Assembly (NCBI GenBank): GCA_964441155.1
Contig: CAYYKL010000001.1
Coordinates: forward strand, 152,393 to 216,392
Source of the DNA: an uncultured Pseudomonadales bacterium
Lineage (GTDB): Bacteria; Patescibacteriota; Microgenomatia; UBA1400; RBG-16-45-19
Direction of reading: 5' to 3'
Length of the DNA: 64,000 nt
Position 1 is the stretch's first letter, and every line of letters begins with the position of its first letter. The translations under genes were made by a program, and so were the position numbers. Positions 58,981 through 64,000 of this stretch are shown here, piece after piece. The notes under the pieces are model-generated. The model did not search any database and had not been told where the DNA came from. It was given only the letters and a program-made list of their open reading frames with translations.

Positions 58981-61107
58981 TTAAGACACTTTGGTCTTGG
59001 CTTGAATTAAGGCTGCGGCAATCTGGGAGGGAACCTCATCATAGTGACTTGGCTCCATGTACGCATTAGCTCTTCCCTGGCTGAGACTGCGCAGTATTGT
59101 AACATAGCGAGAAAGCTCTGCCAAGGGCACAAGCGCTGTAATAATGCGCGAATTACCTCTCATTTTGGTTTCTTGAATTTGGGCTCGACGAGAAGATAAA
59201 TCTCCAATCACATCTCCCATAAAATCGTCTGGGGTGGTTACTTCCACCTTCATGACTGGCTCGAGCAATACAAGATCCGCTTGCCGAGCGGCTGATTGCA
59301 GTGCCATTGATCCCGCGATCTTAAAGGCTATTTCAGATGAATCGACATCATGAAAACTACCGTCGTAACACGCGACTAATACATCAACTAGAGGGTAACC
59401 TGCCAAAACACCATTTTCCAATGCTTCTTTGACCCCTTTTTCAACCGCCGGGATAAATTCTCTTGGAATTGCGCCACCAGTGATTTCGTTTTTGAATTCA
59501 AAACCTTCACCCCTGCCCTTTGGTTCAATGCGCAGTAAACAGTGTCCATATTGTCCACGTCCACCAGATTGGCGAATATATTTACCTTCAGCTTGGGCGG
59601 TTTTCTTGATGGTTTCTCGATAAGCAACCTGCGGGTTACCCACGTTCGCTTCGACCTTGAATTCCCGCTTCATGCGATCGACCAAAATATCTAAGTGAAG
59701 TTCGCCCATGCCAGAAATAATTGTCTGACCGGTTTCATGATTCACTTTAATTTTAAACGTTGGATCTTCTTCGGCCAATTTGCTCAAAGCCATGCCCATA
59801 CGTTCTTGGTCGTTTTTGGTTTTTGGTTCAATTGCCAAAGAAATAACCGGCTCGGTAAATTCAATGCCTTCAAACAAAATGGGATGGGCCTCGTCAGTGA
59901 GTGTGTCACCTGTTTTAGCACTCTTGATGCCAACCAAAGCCACGATATCTCCAGCTTGAGCCATATCAACTTCTTGACGATCATTGGCATGCATCAAAAT
60001 TAAGCGACCTACACGCTCTTTTTTGTCCTGAGAAGCGTTGTAGATGTACGAACCCGCTTTAATAGTTCCTGAGTACACGCGCATATAGGTCAACCTGCCC
60101 ACGTGAGGATCGGTTTGAATTTTAAAGGATAATCCGGCAAATGATTCTTCGGGCACGAGCTGACGCTCGATTACTTGATCAGTTCCGGGTTTTAAGCCTG
60201 TTACCATTTTGATGTCATTGGGGCTTGGTAAATAATTGACGACGGCGTCAAGTAAAGGCTGCACGCCTTTATTACGCAGCGATGAACCGCAATAAATAGG
60301 CACTAATTGGTAGGCAATCGTAGCTTTGCGCAATCCCTGCTGCAGCTCTTCCATGGTAAGCTCTTCACCGTTTAAATATTTTTCGATCAGTGATTCATCG
60401 AGCTCGGCGATTTGCTCAATCAGCTCGGCTCGCCTCTTTTCAACTTCTTCTTTGTAATTTTCGGGAATTTCGATTATTTCGAACGACTCGGCTTCATCTC
60501 CACTCCACACCAAAGCTTTGCGCTCGAGCAAGAGAATAATGCCTTTAAATTCGTTTTCCTGTCCCATGGGCAAACACATGACAGCGGTTTTGACTCCTAG
60601 TTTTTCATGGATGTCGTTAATCACCATGTCAAAATCTGCTCCGACTTTGTCCATTTTGTTGACAAAACAAATTCGAGGAACTTTATATTTATCCGCTTGA
60701 CGCCAGACAGTTTCTGATTGCGACTGGACGCCTTCGTTGGCATCTAAAACCGTAACTCCGCCATCAAGTACGCGCAACGAACGTTCCACTTCGGCAGTAA
60801 AATCTACGTGTCCTGGGGTATCAATAATATTAAAGCGGAAGGGGTCCTTGGGCATAAACGTTGGCAAAACTGGGGTCCAAAAAGTGGTCGTGGCTGCAGA
60901 AACAATGGTAATACCACGTTCTTTTTCTTGGTCCATCCAGTCCATTTGCGTGGCACCTTCATGAACCTCACCTATTTTGTAGGTTTTACCGGTGTAATAC
61001 AGAATGCGCTCGGTGGTGGTGGTTTTGCCTGCATCGATATGGGCAATAATACCAATATTTCGAATGTGATCCAGAGGAACGTGGTGATCTGCAGAATGTT
61101 GAGCCAT
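58981..61107 (-). CDS. fusA: Elongation factor G
   Basis: [39 protein letters not shown]. Confidence 0.99.
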   Translation of the reverse strand: MAQHSADHHVPLDHIRNIGIIAHIDAGKTTTTERILYYTGKTYKIGEVHEGATQMDWMDQEKERGITIVSAATTTFWTPVLPTFMPKDPFRFNIIDTPGHVDFTAEVERSLRVLDGGVTVLDANEGVQSQSETVWRQADKYKVPRICFVNKMDKVGADFDMVINDIHEKLGVKTAVMCLPMGQENEFKGIILLLERKALVWSGDEAESFEIIEIPENYKEEVEKRRAELIEQIAELDESLIEKYLNGEELTMEELQQGLRKATIAYQLVPIYCGSSLRNKGVQPLLDAVVNYLPSPNDIKMVTGLKPGTDQVIERQLVPEESFAGLSFKIQTDPHVGRLTYMRVYSGTIKAGSYIYNASQDKKERVGRLILMHANDRQEVDMAQAGDIVALVGIKSAKTGDTLTDEAHPILFEGIEFTEPVISLAIEPKTKNDQERMGMALSKLAEEDPTFKIKVNHETGQTIISGMGELHLDILVDRMKREFKVEANVGNPQVAYRETIKKTAQAEGKYIRQSGGRGQYGHCLLRIEPKGRGEGFEFKNEITGGAIPREFIPAVEKGVKEALENGVLAGYPLVDVLVACYDGSFHDVDSSEIAFKIAGSMALQSAARQADLVLLEPVMKVEVTTPDDFMGDVIGDLSSRRAQIQETKMRGNSRIITALVPLAELSRYVTILRSLSQGRANAYMEPSHYDEVPSQIAAALIQAKTKVS

Positions 61108-61249
61108 AAGTGCCTTATATCCTTATTTACTTACTACGTCAGCAAAAATCTTTCCAAACAAGCTTGAGGGCTTATGCAAACTAGTTTGGTGAATTCTATA
61201 ATCTTGACATGAAATTCATGCACTAAATGTTTAGAATCTTCAAAGATGT

Positions 61250-61726
61250 TTACCACCTAAAGTGGGCAAAAGCCTTGTTTGCATCCGCCATTTTGTGACT
61301 GGTCATTTTCTTGTTAACCGCACCACCCTCATTATTCAGGGCATCAAAGAGCTCAGCGGCTAATTTTTCACCAAAGGAACGGAATTCTTTGTTAGGTCTT
61401 TTGTTTGATTCAAGTATGAGCCAACGGACAGCCAATGCAAACCCCCGATTTCCTTTAACAGCAACGGGAACTTGGTAGGCGGCACCGCCGACCCGACGAG
61501 ATCGAACTTCCATTTTGGGTTGGATATTGTTGATGGCATCTTCAAAAACATCGAGTGCGGGTCGTTTGGTTTTTTTGGCCAACAATTCTAATGCACTATA
61601 GACCTGTTTTCGTGCTACATCTTTTTTGCCGGCTTTCATGCACCGGTTAATGAGTCTCGTGACTTTAGTTGAGTTATATACCGGATCAGGTATAACTTCT
61701 CTCACTGGTGCTTGTTTCGATCGCAT
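61250..61726 (-). CDS. rpsG: 30S ribosomal protein S7
   Basis: EVRSRRVGGA.YQVP, HKMA.ANKAFAHFRW. Confidence 0.98.
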   Translation of the reverse strand: MRSKQAPVREVIPDPVYNSTKVTRLINRCMKAGKKDVARKQVYSALELLAKKTKRPALDVFEDAINNIQPKMEVRSRRVGGAAYQVPVAVKGNRGFALAVRWLILESNKRPNKEFRSFGEKLAAELFDALNNEGGAVNKKMTSHKMADANKAFAHFRW

Positions 61727-61760
61727 AACGATTCCTTAATTAGTTAAACTTGAGTTAGTT

Positions 61761-62183
61761 TTATTCGCTGGCAGCCTTGGGTGCTTTAGTACCATATTTG
61801 CTGCGTGATGATTTTCGATCAGACACACCTGCACAGTCAAATTTGCCGCGAACAACATGATATTTCACACCCGGCAAATCTTTAACTCGCCCGCCTCGAA
61901 CCAACACAATTGAGTGCTCGGCCAAGTTGTGACCCTCACCTTGAATGTAGGCAGTGATTTCATGTCGATTGGACAAGCGAACACGGGCCACTTTGCGCAA
62001 AGCTGAGTTTGGCTTTTTAGGTGTCATGGTTTTCACAATCGTGCACACGCCACGCTTTTGTGGATTCACGGTGTGACTGTGATTACGCGTATTGGCATTG
62101 TAACTACGACGCAATGCTTGTGCCTTGATGACACTTGAGCGTGAGCGTCTGCCTTTGCGAACCAATTGGTTGATGGTTGGCAT
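61761..62183 (-). CDS. rpsL: 30S ribosomal protein S12
   Basis: [30 protein letters not shown]. Confidence 0.98.
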   Translation of the reverse strand: MPTINQLVRKGRRSRSSVIKAQALRRSYNANTRNHSHTVNPQKRGVCTIVKTMTPKKPNSALRKVARVRLSNRHEITAYIQGEGHNLAEHSIVLVRGGRVKDLPGVKYHVVRGKFDCAGVSDRKSSRSKYGTKAPKAASE

Positions 62184-62285
62184 GATATATTTTTCTTTCT
62201 ATGTAGTACTTAGCGTGCTCTCTATAGTAGCGACTAATAGTTTTATTTCACTCGCTAGCAATTGAGCGTAAGCAATCAAAAAGGT

Positions 62286-62314
62286 ATTCTACTGGTATTC
62301 ACTCGACTTGACAA
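62286..62314 (-). promoter_or_regulatory. Sigma70 promoter of the str operon
   Basis: TTGTCA-N17-TAGAAT upstream of rpsL. Confidence 0.7.
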
Positions 62315-62337
62315 CTATCAAGACAACCTACGCTGTT

Positions 62338-64000
62338 CTAGGCAGCGATGGCTCTCTCAGGCGAGGTTGGGATTAAACGTCCAATAATGACGTTTTCCTT
62401 GAGTCCCAACATGTAATCTTCTCGGCCTTCAATGGCAGCTTCAGTCAAGACATTGGTCGTCTCTTGGAATGAAGCAGCAGATAACCAGGAGGCGGTATGC
62501 AAACTGGCTCGAGAAACCCCGAGCATTACCACTTGCGCGGTTGCTGGTTCACCGTCTTCGGCTAAAACCGATTCATTGGAGTGTTCAAATCGAACTCGCT
62601 CAACAATTTCACCAGGCAATAGATCGGTGTCACCTGCATTTTCAACCTTAACTTTGTCACTCATTTTACGAATAATCACTTCAAAGTGGCGGTCATTGAT
62701 CGGAATGCCTTGTGATTCATAGACTTCTTGTACTGCTTCAAGCAAATACTCTTGCGCACCAAGCAATCCTTTAAGCTCCAAGACTTCTTTGACATCTAAG
62801 CTTCCTGAAGATAATTGTGATCCAACACCTACCAAGTCTCCTTCGGCCACAGCAAGAATGCTGGTCAAGGGAATAATGTATTCTTTGACCTTTATTGGTT
62901 TTGAAGTCGACTTGATGGTGACTTTATAGCCTTCATCACTCTCTTCAACGCTCACTTTGCCAGCAACTTCGCTCATGGGAGCTAAAATCTTGGGGGTGCG
63001 AATTTCAAAGAGCTCTTCAACTCGAGGCAAACCTTGGGTCACGTCAAGTCCGACGATACCACCCGCATGTTTCACCCGCATGGTTAACTGGGTTCCTGGC
63101 TCACCAATACTCTGCGCTGCTACGACACCTACAGGTGTACCAATTTCCACCATGTTTTTGGTAGAGAAATCACTGCCATAACATTTGGCACACAAGCCAA
63201 ATTTGGCGGCGCAGGTTAAGGGTGAATACACATTGACTTGGGTAATATTGGCTGCTGAAATTTCTTTGACTTTGTCTTCGTCAACCAATTCACCTTTGTC
63301 GACAACCACTTTTCCCTTGGCGTCTTTGATGGCAAGTGCTGCCACTCGGCCATAAATGCGCTTGGCAAAGTGCAGGTCTCGCTTGCCTTCGGCTTTCAAA
63401 ACCAAGTGTTGCTCGGTACCACAATCGACTTCGCGAATGATGGCGTCATGAGCCACATCAACTAAGCGTCGAGTTAAGTATCCTGCATCAGCTGTTTTTA
63501 AAGCTGAGTCTGTCAACCCTTTACGAGATCCACGAGACGAGTTAACGTATTCAAAAATTGACAAGCCCTCGCGGAAGTTACTTTTGGTGGGCAACTCCAC
63601 AATCCGACCCATAGGATCGACCACGAGTCCGCGCATAGCGGCCAATTGTTTTACTTGATCCTTGCTTGCACGAGTTCCACCTGAGTCGATAATCAGTTTG
63701 ACTGCGTTATCTTCTTTAAAGATGTTCCAGGTTTTGTCAGCAATTTCGTCAGTGGTTTTGATCCAAATATCATTGGTCAATCGACGTTTTTCTTCCAAAG
63801 TGATAAGACCCATTTTATAGTTCTCATCTACTTCTTCAGCACGTTTGTTGGCAGCCATAATGATTTCATCTTTATTCGGAATCATTTCATTGTCTGAAAC
63901 GGCTACTGACAAGCCAGATTGCGTGGCTGATTGGAAGCCCAAATCTTTGATAGCGTCGATTAATTCAACCACGCGCTTGCGATCAAATTGCTTCAAAGCC
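62338..64000 (-). CDS. rpoC: DNA-directed RNA polymerase subunit beta', C-terminal part (runs off the window)
   Basis: RKGL.D.ALKTA.AGYLTRRLVDV, AAQSIGEPGTQLTM, SAASFQETT, GLKENVIIGRLIP. Confidence 0.98.
   Translation of the reverse strand, partial: ALKQFDRKRVVELIDAIKDLGFQSATQSGLSVAVSDNEMIPNKDEIIMAANKRAEEVDENYKMGLITLEEKRRLTNDIWIKTTDEIADKTWNIFKEDNAVKLIIDSGGTRASKDQVKQLAAMRGLVVDPMGRIVELPTKSNFREGLSIFEYVNSSRGSRKGLTDSALKTADAGYLTRRLVDVAHDAIIREVDCGTEQHLVLKAEGKRDLHFAKRIYGRVAALAIKDAKGKVVVDKGELVDEDKVKEISAANITQVNVYSPLTCAAKFGLCAKCYGSDFSTKNMVEIGTPVGVVAAQSIGEPGTQLTMRVKHAGGIVGLDVTQGLPRVEELFEIRTPKILAPMSEVAGKVSVEESDEGYKVTIKSTSKPIKVKEYIIPLTSILAVAEGDLVGVGSQLSSGSLDVKEVLELKGLLGAQEYLLEAVQEVYESQGIPINDRHFEVIIRKMSDKVKVENAGDTDLLPGEIVERVRFEHSNESVLAEDGEPATAQVVMLGVSRASLHTASWLSAASFQETTNVLTEAAIEGREDYMLGLKENVIIGRLIPTSPERAIAA

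Noticed and set aside
38862-63181. Many plus-strand 60-165 aa ORFs across the ribosomal supercluster
   Set aside because: Antisense to highly conserved housekeeping genes; 42623-42808 overlaps the real rpmJ on the other strand
1-64000. tRNA/rRNA genes, CRISPR arrays, transposases, integrases, prophage genes, inteins
   Set aside because: None recognised; no repeat-spacer periodicity, cloverleaf or recombinase motifs seen by eye

Overview
Bacterial chromosome segment in standard code 11. It is most consistent with a CPR/Patescibacteria genome (Microgenomates-like): rpmD (uL30) is missing between rpsE and rplO, several r-proteins carry long low-complexity tails, there are many GT-C membrane glycosyltransferases, and leaderless-style promoters are frequent. 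Layout: 1-14.3 kb surface-glycosylation cluster (GT2s, Wzx flippase, five multi-pass GT-C-like proteins); 14.4-17.9 kb D,D-carboxypeptidase, a hypothetical and gltX; 17.9-33.9 kb accessory stress island; 33.9-38.6 kb CAP protein, argS and a TrmB/DMT pair; 38.7-64 kb rpoC-str-S10-spc-alpha-rplM/rpsI supercluster with a small insertion between map and infA. The main finding is in the stress island. It holds two PAS histidine kinases, an OmpR-family regulator, two stand-alone receivers, KGG/YtxH/GlsB general-stress proteins, a stand-alone cyanophycin-synthetase N-domain protein, and a sugar-phosphate synthase/HAD/glycoside hydrolase module. Ten putative promoters there share one architecture read by eye from the sequence: a direct repeat (C/A/T)TTAC(A/T/C)-N5-(C/A/T)TTAC(A/T/C/G) followed 30-32 nt later by a TANNNT-type -10. 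This suggests a two-component-controlled general-stress/osmoprotection regulon and predicts an unannotated ~100-nt sRNA and two small ORFs. All calls come from motif recognition; no database searches were run.
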